A DNA stretch of 64,000 bases, from assembly GCA_051362555.1 (NCBI GenBank), contig CM120649.1:18738567-18802566 (forward strand), in the 5' to 3' direction. Of the stretch, positions 26,165 through 39,815 are shown one piece after another. Each line of letters starts with the position of its first letter. The first letter of the stretch is position 1. The notes beneath the pieces were generated by a model. That model was not told the DNA's origin. It saw only the letters and a program-made list of their open reading frames with translations, and searched no databases. Position numbers and translations under genes: made by a program. The DNA comes from Lingula anatina. Its lineage: Eukaryota; Animalia; Brachiopoda.

Positions 26165-28451
26165 TTTCAGACGGAATAACTTTGTAACCAAAAATTCAAG
26201 TATTTTAATTGACATTATTATCACCAAGTATGGGTTATTTGCTCTGTTCAAAGACAATATTCCCCAACTTTGTATTTTGTTACAACATTGAATAATTAAG
26301 GTGTAATCATTTAAGTAAAAGAATCAAATAAGAATTAAACAATGGAAAATACGCATAAAAATCTATGGTCATTATAATTTGAAGATGTATTTTTCAACTT
26401 ACTACAGAATTTGATATTGAAATTGATACCTTATTTTCATATTTTCTTTGCCACGTTTTGTGAACTCCGCTGTTTGGAATGGCTTAATTGGCAGGCAATT
26501 CATTGGTTCATAAATAATTTTACTTCTTTTATTTGTAAGATTAGGATACGCACAGGGCTGCTTCAAAAGATATGAGACTCGCTTCTATTTAAAAAAAAAA
26601 TACTTGGGTTAAATGATTCAGTATTAATATTTATAGTGTTCAGGTGTGCTTGCTGTCATTTCTTGTAATTTTTTGGATCATTTTATCCTTGTTTCTGTTC
26701 GCATATAAAATTTTGGGCATCTTTCCTACCGATAGAGGTAGATGTGCACCATTGGTCCTTTTTTAAAATTATATTTCTATTTATTTTTTATTTATTTATT
26801 TTGCTGTATTGGATTAAAATATGGCAATACTTTTTACCTGACTCCGATATTTTCGTTTTAAGGGAGATTATATTACGTCCGATATAATTCCCTGGTCTGA
26901 CAAAGCCTGGTGTACCCCCTATTTTAAAGAATTGTTGAATAAAATGACGATCAAATTAATTGAGTTATGTGTTTGTCTAAATATGTCTGACAGTATTTAC
27001 ATTAAGCACTGCTCGCAGGGGCCAAATTACCGAGATGAATTACTGAAATATACCACCATATTGCTACATAATACGAAGAGAATAAACATTTATTAAGACA
27101 AGAGAAATTGTAAATTCACAATGACAATAAATATTGTATTCAATATGTACAAACGGCTACATACATACATTTAATACTAGCAGGTTCGCCTCTTTAACTT
27201 GCTTGCCTAGTGTTCTCTCATCTCATTGGTCCACTTACCAATGATAGTCACGTGTACTATCTATCTGACCACTAAAACCTCTTTTAACATTATATGTGTA
27301 CACGTAACGCGCACGTATAAGCCAACATAAAGTAAAAAAGCTTCTTAATACTGATGGTGCTTGCGTATAACGTTTTAAAAGTTCCAATATATGAATATAG
27401 CAAAATTTAATCGGAATACAGGTATGTCAAGGTACAGCCCTTAATAAATTATTCCCGCAAATGGCTTTCGGGTTGTGAGCATTCATTTGGTTTTCTGTCT
27501 GCTGCTACTTTTAGGAAATGAAAGAATAAATTTTTTGTTAACAATTGGATTATACCTGAACCAGTGGTAAAATCTGAGGTAATTTGTACTAAGAACATTT
27601 AAATGTTAAGTTGTTGGCACCCCAATATTCAGTGTCTCCTTAGACACTTTTTTCAGGGAATGAGGGAACAGGCGTACATGTGCAACAAAGCTAATGAAAT
27701 TCTACGCTGAGGTAATTTTTATAAAACCTTATACCAGGGTCACAGTTTGAGTTTTCCCTAGATATTCACAGATATGTCTCTGGTAAATCTATCCACTTTT
27801 CTTTACTACGAGAACTTACGTACTCTTATAGTTTATAGTCACTAGTATACAGTGATATATAAAGATAATAGAATACTGGATGAAAGTTAACAACAAGATC
27901 CTGGTGTTCTCAGTATTAAAACATCAGAATTTCAGGGGACACATTTGGTTTTACAACATCAGCGGTTGTTCAGTACAATAATATAAAGTACTAAATCACA
28001 AATTAAGATATCTTACAATACGATCAAATAATCAAACGCACAATGTTTCTTCGGTTTGTCATGTTAGAACTAATAATTGATTGAATTTAGCCTAATTTCT
28101 AATACATACAGTGCTAGTACTATATATACAAGTAGAAATAGCAATAGATACTATATACAAGATGGCACGCAAATTTGAAAACTGACATAAAAATAATTGG
28201 CACTTCAATTAAAGTAGCCGAATGCTAGAGCATTGTCTTATTTCAATACAGCTAGCACAGATGTCTTCAAGCACTGTTTATAAAAAAATGTAACCTCATT
28301 TAAATCCATTGAAAAGTTATTATTTTTCAATCTCCACAACCCAACAACCACACTGCAAGGCGTCATGTACAATGAGGCCAATAATGCCCATCACACTGAA
28401 AGGCACTGTGAAATTGAACTACTGGCCAACAGCCAAGAAATCAGCCCTGCG

Positions 28452-30146
28452 TTATTGACCGCCAGATGTCGCAACAGTAGCTTCGCCAGAGGCCGCACTC
28501 GCAGCAAAGTTGACACCCGATTTTTTGGCTAACGCAGGGGGTTTTGATAGTCGCCCTTTAAGTAGAGACGTGAATTTCGCGGCGGCCTTCTTAACGCTTT
28601 TCTCAGTGTATACGTTGGTGAACATGCTTTCATCTTCGTCTTTAAAGTCCTCCTGGTGAGTGACGAAATAACAAACGGGCGCCATTTCGTCGTTATAATG
28701 GTGTTCCTTCACCTTCAGGATGGAGTGTTTGGGATAGAGCGCCAGGGGAAGAGGCTCGTGGTGCTCGGCCGCCTCCTCCTGCACAGCCTCGCCGAAGTGA
28801 ACGCTGTGATTTGCGGAAGAGAAACTGCTGGAACGCGGGCGCGATTCCTCATCTTGATCCTCTCCGGAGGACCCGCTGGAAGAGCTGCTTGAACTTAGAT
28901 CTTCGTCTGCGATCTTGAGTTTTCGCGTTCTCTCAATGTAGTGGCTGAAACTTTTCGCTCTCGGTCGCTGGCCGTCTCTAGATGGCGGGCGGTTCGCTTC
29001 ATCGGCACGCGTCAGCCCAACGCTGCTAAAACGCTTTTGAGAAGAGGTTCCCGCTCGTGGGCTTAACATCCCGTCCTCTCCGCGGAGTCGTCTGCTGGCG
29101 CTGTGCAGCTTTTCTGAACTGCCCAGCGGTGACTGTGAGGCATCAATCATTTCAACAGACCTTCTCCTATTTTTAGCAGAAACTTCGGCTAATTTCTTTT
29201 TATTTTCTGCGATGAAATTTTTCTTCTTTTCGTTGCCCGATGGTTTTTGTCCGTCGGTCTCGATCCTGGGCAGTAGAGAATTCCTGCGCAATTCATTCCG
29301 CGCACCGTGAGAGAAAGACCTCTCCCTTGACATTTGTTCCGCGTGATCTGCGCTGTGTCTCTGGTCTCGAGATAAAGGCGGTGAGTGCGAGCGGGAAAGC
29401 AGACGACTTTCTGCCGACAATCGAGAACTTCTCCTCCGGGGCACCTGAACGGGTGACGTAATGGTCGGGAAGCGTGAGCCGTACTCGCCTCTGTCGGACG
29501 ACGAGGAACTGTCGTCATCCTTTTGTGGCTGATCAAATGTTTCGATATATTTCTGTAAAGTAACTGCTGATTGGTTGACACTGCTACCGAGATGCTCGGG
29601 TTCCTTTGACGTCAGATCTGCAATGGTTTCCTTGAATGTTCCGGAAACCCCCGGTGGAGGGGAAATTCCCATCACAAGATACCTGTCACTGGTGTTTTTG
29701 GGTATATTTGTTACTACTTTCGGGTTAAGAGAATGCTCAATAAATTGATTATAACATTGTCCAAGGGAAAACCGACGATGCTTAAAGTCACCTTTCGCTA
29801 GGTGAACTTCGAATGGTTCGGGAGGTTCAGGGGTCATTAGAACGTCCACGGCGCTACCCCGTCGTCTATGTGAACTACCGTGACGTGATACCGCGTGCAA
29901 CGTGTGGGTGACGTCACGCGCTCCTTTCATTTCATCTAAGTTTGATCCTGAATAGGAATATTCAGAAGATGTGTGATCGTCAATGCTGGTCGCCATTGGT
30001 GTAGTTGAGTCTATTGAAGAGTTGTCCAAGTCTTTCATCATATGAGAATTGTAGTTGTAATTATCCTCTGGGTTCTCGCTCAGAGTTGCTAACGCCAATG
30101 GAGAGACATGCTGGCCGATCCGTAACGGAGCCATACTGCGCAGCAT
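28452..30146 (-). CDS. Uncharacterised 564-aa Ser/Arg-rich, probably intrinsically disordered protein (single coding exon)
   Basis: 1695-nt open frame, GC-richer than its flanks. A splice acceptor (tttctgtttctAG, 30163-30164) lies 16 nt before the ATG, with an in-frame stop just upstream of it. Many RRxS/RxxS motifs; no globular domain recognised. Confidence 0.85.
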   Translation of the reverse strand: MLRSMAPLRIGQHVSPLALATLSENPEDNYNYNSHMMKDLDNSSIDSTTPMATSIDDHTSSEYSYSGSNLDEMKGARDVTHTLHAVSRHGSSHRRRGSAVDVLMTPEPPEPFEVHLAKGDFKHRRFSLGQCYNQFIEHSLNPKVVTNIPKNTSDRYLVMGISPPPGVSGTFKETIADLTSKEPEHLGSSVNQSAVTLQKYIETFDQPQKDDDSSSSSDRGEYGSRFPTITSPVQVPRRRSSRLSAESRLLSRSHSPPLSRDQRHSADHAEQMSRERSFSHGARNELRRNSLLPRIETDGQKPSGNEKKKNFIAENKKKLAEVSAKNRRRSVEMIDASQSPLGSSEKLHSASRRLRGEDGMLSPRAGTSSQKRFSSVGLTRADEANRPPSRDGQRPRAKSFSHYIERTRKLKIADEDLSSSSSSSGSSGEDQDEESRPRSSSFSSANHSVHFGEAVQEEAAEHHEPLPLALYPKHSILKVKEHHYNDEMAPVCYFVTHQEDFKDEDESMFTNVYTEKSVKKAAAKFTSLLKGRLSKPPALAKKSGVNFAASAASGEATVATSGGQ

Positions 30147-33100
30147 GGAGACCTGGAATCATCTAGAAACAGAAACAAAATGGAAAGTCAGACGTGGGCA
30201 AACATCCAGATTGGCGGTGCCATTTCGAAACAGCTAAAATAATTTTGATATTTATATATTTATAAAAATGAAACGAAAGAAAGAAAAGCCAGAAACTGTT
30301 CGGATCTTAAAATTTAAATAAAATCCTACCGTTTACAACAAATACCATGTTATTTTCAGCTGAAGTTTAAAAGCAAAACGCGTATTCGTCAAAGGTAAAA
30401 ATAAAGCTCGTACTAAACTGACCGAGAACTTTCCAATGCCAGCGTATCGACAACAGCGCCATATCAAGTCCAATAATGTGCTTTCTTATCGATATCGCGC
30501 GATAACAGAGAGTGTGTACACGTCAATAGGCTTTTGTGATAGAAGGTCAATTAATTAACTCCAGTCAATTGGAAGTAAACTTTAATAGCGCAAATTTGCT
30601 ACAGTGTTACCCCATTTTCCCTTTCGTGTTTGTTTTTTTATTCTCTTTTTTCGCTGACACCGACAGGGGTGAAATTGCACGAGGTGAAATGCGCCGAATA
30701 AAACCCCCGCCTCTCTCTCTCTCTCTCCCTCTCAAATACTGAGTATATATATATATATAGATAGATATACTTGTAGTTGCTACTGTATTTACATAAGCAC
30801 TGGTGCTGCTCATTCGAGCGAAAGGTTGGCATTTCATAATGGGCTAAATTTTTATCAACAATGTTATATTCGCTTATCCCTGTTTTTTTTGTTTTTGGCA
30901 GCGACTTAAAAGCCCTTTGCTGTACATATTTATTTTAAAAAAACTTGGAAAAAACATAAAAAAAGAGAAAAACATAAGCCACGAGTCTAACATAAAGGTA
31001 ACTAAACATGGTATTTACTATATCTTAAACGGGAACATGCGCATCATATCAGGAATGCGCGGATCAAAAAACGATTCTTGTACATTAACCCTTCCCCAGT
31101 AACAAAGAACACAGACCCACGCAGTGGATCACAGGGGCTAAGTTCGCTTTGACCGCCCGATACCTCCTTCAACTTAAAAATAGCCGTTTATCAGAAGTTT
31201 GGTCATTAACGTTACTGATCGATCGAATCTGAAGTTATTACTTATTTAAGCCTCACCTCCTATGTATAAGGTCATAGAAGTTAAGTCAGCTATCAGCGGA
31301 ACGCTTACAAATGGGCTATTAGCACAAAATGTGGATGGTGAGGCTTATGCCCTTAGAAAAAGTAATATTTTATGTCTAACCTGTGTAAAAATAAACTGGT
31401 TAGATAGTTTGTTACTGACTGAGACTAAAATTTTGATAAAGTAAAAGAAAAAAATATTCAACCCAATAGGCGAATAGGTCAACTTGCAGGCGGATTACGG
31501 CGAACTTCTACCCTTCAGAAAGACTGAGACTATGTGAGCTTTCTTCCCTTTTATAAGCAACCAAAGCGACGTTGTAACCTCCCCCCCCCCAAAGGGAAAT
31601 ATTATGAACATGTATATGTATGTATGAATATATAAATAATGCCTACAAATTGTTTTGTTACAGTGTAAGCAGTCGGCCCCGCTCAACATATTAATCCAGT
31701 ATATTTGCTTGGCATCAACCTTTTATAAAAACGCTGGCGCTTCTTAAAACTTGGCACCCTATCAGAAATAAGCACACAACACAGCAAGTGTAAGTATGAA
31801 TGATCTAAAAAACGCTCTTTAGACCAGTGTCGATGGCGTTTCAGAACTAACATTTCAAACAAGTGGATTGCACGCCATGTTCTGATCTTTACTATCTCAA
31901 ACCTAGTTTGAAGAGGACAGAAACTTCACAGAACTGTCCATCAAACCATTTTTTAAAAACAGCCTGCGACCTACATACATGCAGCAGAAACTAACCTGAG
32001 CTGGCGCTTTCGTACATTTTCTAACAGTCTCCTTCCGTCCGTCATTTTGAATTAAATTCAGATGTCCCCCACTTAAAATAGACCAAAATATAGTCACGTG
32101 CGTCACGCCTAGATCACGTAAACAAGCGAAACGATCTTTTAGATTTGTACTCACTAACACTACATTACCCGGTTATCGCGCGAAGATTAAATCCTACCTT
32201 TAAGATTTAAACCTAATCTAGCTAGTTTGAAAATTGTTATGACTTTTTCGTTTTATCCAGAAGAAAAAACCCACGCTAAAATGAACTGTCGCATAGCGGA
32301 ATGCGTAATAAAAAAAGTGAAACACATGAAGTTCAATCCATCCGCAAGAAACAATTTCATTCTGGCATAAGTACGTGTGATACCGGAAACATCAGAAGTA
32401 AATTGACGCCATTTAATCTAAACAAATAAAGATAAAAGTTAACCTATATTTATACCGTATTCAACATCAGATACATAAGATACATACCAAACAAAACCAA
32501 ATGGATTTTGGGCAGGTACCGTTTGAATGAAACGCACCATCTACATGTACTTCGTTCTCTAGGCTTTCGTAGATGTCGATCAGTCGTTGACTATTGGAAA
32601 ATTAATGTCACTCGTGTTATTTCTCTCTCTTAATTCGCTTCAAGTTTGTTATTGACTTCGAGCGTCTGTAACTTATCAGATTAAAGCCAAGGCGTTCATG
32701 CAATCGCAGGAGTTTGTTTTGTCACCCGTCTTATAAAAGGGGCGATGTTTATTAACTACCTGGGCCTCGCTGTGGCTCACTACCCCTTCCCTTGTAACCA
32801 CAATCACTGTACTGATAACGAGACCTGCGTGTGGAGGGTGATTGTTTACAGCTTGGGCTCGCACCCTATGGCTGAGATTCAGGTCAGAGGTCACGCTTAT
32901 TTTCATTCATACTTGTTTGCTAGTATAGCCACTGGTCTGCCGTAGACTGGACAACCGCCAATTGCACTCTCACGTCAGCCTCTTCATTGTTAAGGCAGTT
33001 AGTAAAATATAGAAGAATAGTGTATTGTTTTCACAGTAAACGTTAAGTTATGTACATTTGTTACATTTCAATATCGCAGGTGGTGCGAGTCTTGGATCAC

Positions 33101-34258
33101 TCTTGCGTACCTGGACTATTAGTTTATAACTGTTCGAGATCAAGTGCCCTAAAGTGAACGTTTTAAAGCGCTTGGTTTCTTATCGTTATAGAATTCCCTC
33201 AGATATATATGAATGGTAGGTGTCAAGCCTACATAAAATCCATCTTGGACAGTTTCACAAAAATTTCTGAACAGAATATTATTATAAATCAAATATAACA
33301 GATGTAAAAAACTCTACCAAATTGTTTTTATTCAGTGCAACAGTGCCGCGCAATTTATTTACTTTAAAGTTAATTTCATTTGAAATATTTTTATAAGCAT
33401 TAATGTTAAATCACTTATATTTATATTAACGTCAACGTTGAAAAAAACCTAGTTTTGACTACAAGGAATGGGAAAGCTGGGTTGAAGGTGTATTCTAAGA
33501 ATTTTGCAGCACAATACGTGCCATATTTAATTTGTCATGCAAGAAAAACACTTTTTGGTGACGTGGACCAAGTAAATATCCTTGTGAAAATGTACATTGT
33601 AGATTGCATCCAACCTTTGTACTATGAACGAGGGACAATTGCCGAAGCTTCTCGTATTTCTTAAAAACATACAGTTCCGCTTAAGCTGTTTCCAATTTCA
33701 AAACTATCCTTTATGTCTTGAAGCATTTGTTGATATAGGGAGCTACTTGTATCTCAAAGTAAACTATTTTGGAATTAGGCCGTACTATAATGCTAGCCCA
33801 GGGCTGCCAGGCAGATCGAATGCATCGTAAACAAGATTACGTCAACGGGTCATTCACCTACAAATGGGACAGGTTTAACACATTTCATGCTGTTTACGTT
33901 TTATCCATGCAAGACGAGAAAAAGGCGCAGAGATTTGAAACCGGGGTAAGATAAGAACTGAGTTTGACACATCGTTCATAGTCATAGATTATTAGATTTA
34001 TGAACTAGACAGCTATGATTAAAAAAATAATACACAACCGTGTGTGAGCTTCCGTCGTGGGACGTAAACAATATCAAGTATTTTTTAGTTATTTAGCAAA
34101 AGTATTAAATGGTTATTGCATTAATCAATATCACAGAGTGCAGGGATTGAATCAATTTGTATCATTTGTTGAAGCATTTTGACAGGAATTCGATATTGAA
34201 CCTAGTTACATGTATGTACACTGTAGCTGTCTTGATTAGATGAATGCACTGTAATGTG

Positions 34259-34294
<36 letters not shown>

Positions 34295-35341
34295 CGTGTG
34301 TGTGTGTGCAAGCACGCGCAAGTGTGTCTTACACACGAAAAAAAAAAACACTGCTGCCATTGTCTACCAAAGAGCCCCCCCCCCCAACACACACACACAC
34401 ACCCACACCTTAAAAGTAATACATGCACTTTACACGTTTGGTGAATGTAATTCATTTAGATCATCATACTAATACTATTTCAGTTTAAATCTGAATGCTT
34501 TTAATAACGGAGCACAGAGCCAAATATTTGCTTAATAACATATCAGGTGGTTTATCAGCTCTTGTCCTCAGCAGAGTGGTCATTAACACGTGGTTTCCAG
34601 GCAGTCGTCGGGTCACTCTTTCTTTACATATCCGCTGATTTCGTAAATATTTTCACTCAATACAAGTGAGAAGAATAACTGTGCTTCAAGATTACATTGC
34701 ATCTAACAGCCTTCGATTCTTGTTAAAGGTTTTAATTCTACCTGACTCGTGGTTAACCCGTGAGGACAAATGTCAGAAATAGAGGTGATTTAATGAGTCG
34801 GAATGTTTCACCTTAGAGTTAAGGCCATGGACGCTGGGTTGCCTGTCCTGAACTTCCTAGCGTATGGTATCATGAAATACGAAAAGAGTGGTTATAAACT
34901 TGCGTTTCAGGGTGAGTTGTTCACTCTGTAAGCTAGGGCTGCGGGTGGGAGGGGTTCTTGTATAAGGATGAAGACGTACCAACTTTTGGATTTCTCTTGC
35001 TTTTGCTATTACATTACACTGACTGTACTTTTCCTCTGCCCAAAACAAAGTCATGTCCAGTTTCAAAAAAAAAAAAAAAAAAAAAAAAAAATCGAAACAG
35101 ATGGGGAAAACAAAATAATACGGGGAAAAGGCTTTTGAGGGCACGTGTATTCTTTCAACTGTAATATCGCATATGACATATAATGAAAGTAATCACCATT
35201 TTGCATTTAGAGTTAAGCACACGGCCCACAAATAAAACCAATTTGCCACAGTAAGACTATTCATTATGTACAAAGTGGCGATTGTGTTAGTTGTGCATCG
35301 TTTCCAATACTGTTGTGGCGACGCATTGTGCAACCTAAGCT

Positions 35342-35533
35342 GCCGGTGTAATGAAACTGAGGGTTTCCCCCCATCTAGCTATAACAGTTAGGGTTAGTCT
35401 GACCAAGAAGTTATAATGAGATAACTTCTTGGTCTGACCTAAGTGGGTCAAAATCTAGGGTGAGGTTCACCTGTACAATTGAATGGGAAGCGGATTCTCT
35501 ATCATGGGGAACTCTCCGTCACGTTACACCGGC
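35342..35533. mobile_element. Short TIR element (GCCGGTGTAA...TTACACCGGC) hosting a 28-bp micro-element
   Basis: 10-bp inverted termini, an internal TTAGGGTTAG, and a nested hairpin at 35404-35431. Confidence 0.5.
35404..35431. mobile_element. 28-bp TIR-only micro-element with 7-bp TSD (P-element-like termini)
   Basis: GTCTGAC-[CAAGAAGTTAT aatgag ATAACTTCTTG]-GTCTGAC. Confidence 0.7.
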
Positions 35534-37807
35534 CAAGTAAAGTTTCATATGCCTACGTGCGTTAGTGTATCTTTTTTTTTTCTTAAAACGCTCAGTTCTC
35601 GTCGTCAAGTCCTGGCTGGTTTCAACAAAAGGCAAATGTTTCGTTTCTTTGGCACATACAAGATGTAAGAGAAATACCTTCGACCACGAATATTGCAATT
35701 TCTTTGATAAGACGAAACTACATAGAGTTCACGAATGAAATATCAGGCGCTTCCTCAGACAAAAGTTATTTCTTTCTTTCACCAAAGAAACATCTCAAAG
35801 AAGTAGCTTATCAAAAGAAAAATAATAATAACAATAAATAAAGCCACACAAAAGGGAAATTCATTTTCAGACACCCTGTGGTCTTTGGTGGTGACACCGA
35901 AATAAAAATATCCGATAGGTCTAAAAATAAATCCCTAAACAAAAGTGTTTGTGACATTTCGGTATAGTCTGACCACGTGTCCTCTTAAAAAAACAGACCA
36001 AAAACAAAAACAAACCTATGCAATCAGAAAAATCCTATATTATTTTTTTCAGAAACCGTAACGGGGTTAAAGTTGTGGCTGACCCACCAATAAAAGAAAA
36101 TAACAAAAATATCTAAAAGCGTTGAAAATAAATAAAAAAAACAAGATGTTAAAACCTGCCAAACAGAAAAAAAAAGACATCAAATTAGTGACCGCATCAA
36201 TAACAGTTAAAATCATGGCAGAAATGACCATCCAATTCTTGCGCATTCTATCCAATTCCAGTCAATTCAGTTAGAAGATTTTCATTGGAAGAGCCATTTG
36301 AAGTCATTTGAAGTGAAATGGTGACAAACGTCTTATGGAGGTTCGATTCAGCCACTTTCGTTCGTTTAAATATTCATATTTAAAGGTGAAAAGTGGATTA
36401 AATTAACCTACTGTCTCCACGGTAAGAATCAGTCATACGAACATTCTTGATTTAAGGTGCTTTTATTAAAATATTACTTCAAAACGACAAACGCTCAAAT
36501 GGATGAATAGAATAAACACTATGCTGAACAACACAAAACACATTTGGTGTTTTCTAAGATAGACCATGGTCAATGAAAGGGAAAGTGGAAGGAAGGAAGG
36601 TAGATTGATAGATAGAAAGGAAGGAAGGAAAGAAGAGTAATAAAACAGAAAGAAAAGAATCATTGACCGATATCCCCAAGTGAACGAACCGCTGAACCGC
36701 GTCACTATTCACAGTTGATTATCGAATGCCACATGCTGTTTACATAAGCTACTTCAGATTACGCACATCAATGAACAGCAGCCGATCAACAACTTCAACT
36801 TTAACGCACTTAGTTTTCATCTGGTAAACCCTTCTTGCATCAGAGAAACGGGATCAAAAAGGGCTTGATAGTGAACAAAGATACATGTATGATAAAATAC
36901 ATATTATTTAAGAAATGCAAAGGCCAATACATTAAGTCCAATTGCCGTATTCTGATATACTCCAAGCTATCTTTGCAGGCCCATGAATAAATCGGCATTT
37001 TTTTAGTATGTTGGATGGCAGTTATAAGAGCTTTCTACTGCAGATAGAGTCTTGTTCACATTATTGTTATATCAACCCATTCGTTCATCAGATTAAGTGG
37101 GTATTATTGTATGATTCTGCGCCCATTGAACCCCTCCTGCCCCCCCACCCCCTACCCCTGCTCTATCTCTCTCTCCGTTTTCTCACTCTCCTCCTCCCTC
37201 TCTCTCTTTCTCTCTCCCCCTCTCTCTCCTTCCCTTCTCTCTTCTCCCCCTTCTCTCTCTCTCTGTCTTTCTCTCCCCCCCCCCCCTCTCTCTCTCTCTC
37301 TCTCTGTCTCTGTCTAAATCACAGGCTTCAGACAGTGACTGGTGCAAGGCGCAAAATAACAGACTTAAATATATACACTTAACGTCGAAGAGGTATATTC
37401 GTCTTTGGTCAGAACAACCATTAGTTTTCTAAACACAATAATTTCAGTATGGGGCCACACCCTGCGCGCCAGGTATGTCAGCAAGGAGTGGTACCAGCGA
37501 CTTTTGTTTGTCCACCTCCACAGCCGAATGCCATGTGTTATTTTTACCAAACAGAGTCAGTGTTTTGACTGCACTGTGTCCGTCAACAATACCCTGACGT
37601 TAACACACACGCGTGTATGATTAAAAAATAGTAGGGTATTTAACGAACGGTTTTGTTCAAATAAGTCCTGCCACTCTCGGCTTATCTTCGTGACACGCAC
37701 TTATTTTTACCTAGTACCCTAGCATTGCAGTCATATACTATCAACTCACACTGTCGTTCACTGGGAATTATGCACTAAAACAGGTGACCGAGACATGGAA
37801 GGATTTC

Positions 37808-37940
37808 TTCCCTCTGCCAGAGTCGAAGATAATTATGTGCACTTTTCTCTCACAGTGCAAAAAAAAGTGTCATCATTTAACCTAGAGACACATATGTGAA
37901 TATCTAGAGAGAAATCATTCCATGGCTCCGGTAGAGGGTA
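37808..37940. mobile_element. TACCCTCTACCAG MITE family copy (Mutator-like, 9-bp TSD)
   Basis: TIRs TTCCCTCTGCCAG / CCGGTAGAGGGTA; flanks AAGGATTTC / AAGAATTTC. Confidence 0.65.
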
Positions 37941-39228
37941 AAGAATTTCTATGTAGATTTCTCATATCGGAATTTGTGGAGGGATCTATTGTGTAGTAAC
38001 AGATTCAGCTATTCCTCATAATAAAAACAATGATATTTCGCTTAAAATAATAATAATAATAATAATAAATACTGTTGTCATTATCCCATTTCCTAATAAA
38101 TTCCATTACTTCCTTCATCACTATGGTAAGCCATAACCCCACACATTACAGTGGAAAGAACCAAAAAACTGTTTTTGAGTTATCAATTTCTAAATTTTAA
38201 CTTATGCCCTCTTTTTTCAGTGACTTACAAAACTGAAAAGTCAAAACTCAAAAACAAGTTGATTGATCGTAGTTCTGTGAATGTTTTTGAAAGCGGTAAA
38301 TTAAGGGAAAATGTTAGAATTTCCAGTAAAGTTCAATGTCTCATGTACAAAGGTTCTAGACAATGCACACTGTACCTGTGTCTCTACATCTTGCACGAAA
38401 AGTTTATCAACGATTTTCCAGTAGTCCCCAAGAGATTAAGTCTTTACCGAACATTATAACTTACACACAGAAATTTTCCAATGAACAAAAGTTTTCTATA
38501 TCAATATTTCCTTTACTCCATTGGCTGGAATACACATTCGTGCATTCCTTGTTAATTCAAGATTTGAGACTTTATATCTAGATAAGACTTTATATCTCTA
38601 AGATACTATAGAAGTGAAGAGTGTTTGATAATAATTATCAATACTACAAAATTTCCATTGCTACTAATAAATTATTGTCATTTACAGAGAGCTTTGAATC
38701 AGTTGAATCAGATCAAGATAGGTTTCGTAAGTTCCTTGAGTAATGGCGAATCTCCTGATACTTGGGGGGAGAGAGAGAAAGAGAGAGAGAGAAGCTGAGA
38801 CCTTTTTCACATCGGGCGGTGCAGTTAACTGTAGTTTGACAGACTGGCAACTTAATAGCTTCTCAAGATAGCGAGTAGTCGTCAGACAGAGTTTCAGCTA
38901 CGCCGTTCCAGTGTGTGTAAAGAGGCCCATCGTAGTAATTGGTGTTGGCTCACCTGTTAAAAGTGGGGGTCTTCACGACCAATAAGGCGCCAAAAATTTA
39001 CGAGAGTCTAGTCAGTAAAAAACGGATAGGGCAGCTAGAATACGAGTTCCGCTTCATTAAACGAAAATAACCAACGGGTTTAAAAATAGATCCAGTAACA
39101 AAGATGTTTACGACCTGCCGAGCTATGGCGGCCACGTGACCTCTTTGAGAAGAAAAACGCAGACGACCAGAGAACTCGGGCACACAAACGTCAAAAAATA
39201 TGAGAGAAATGTCATCACAAATTCTTAC

Positions 39229-39400
39229 CTTTTCTGTCCATTGCCAACCCTCGTAATTCGTATATCTTGTTCAGTGTCTGTAGTCGTTTAAAGTGTCCTT
39301 TTTGATGAGAAATTAAAAGAACAGTTTAAGAACGGTACACCATTGCCCGCCGCCTTGAAGCCATTGAATACCTCAGTGTTCAATGTTTACACTATGGCAG
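39229..39400 (-). other. Candidate upstream (mostly non-coding) first exon of the 564-aa gene
   Basis: Strong donor AAG|gtaaga at 39227-39228 in a CpG-richer patch. It would splice to the acceptor at 30163 across a ~9 kb intron. The 5' boundary is approximate. Confidence 0.3.
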
Positions 39401-39752
39401 CTACCTTAACTCGGGTCACGCGGGGGGAAGAACAGGGTGGGGGCACTGGCAGCTTTAAGCAGGCTATAGAAGACATTATTTGTTTAAGAATTATTTCAGT
39501 TGGATTATGTTCTCGATTGTTTAGGGTTATTCATTTGAGAGCACCCGAAATGCGACTGGTTGGTGATGCAAAATCGAGCAGGTATTGGACGACATTCATA
39601 ATTAAAGCTTGGAAGGTACAGCAAATTGTAGCGAATTCTTTTTTTCTACATACCGAGGCACAAATTTTGAAAAACGATGTAGGTCGTATGTGTATAAACG
39701 ACATCCAAATGTAAATCAGAGAGATGTACATAGGCTTATGACAAACAAGGCT

Positions 39753-39815
<63 letters not shown>

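Noticed and set aside
35388-35397. TTAGGGTTAG telomere-like motif
   Set aside because: Fewer than two units and inside a repeat element; not an interstitial telomeric array.
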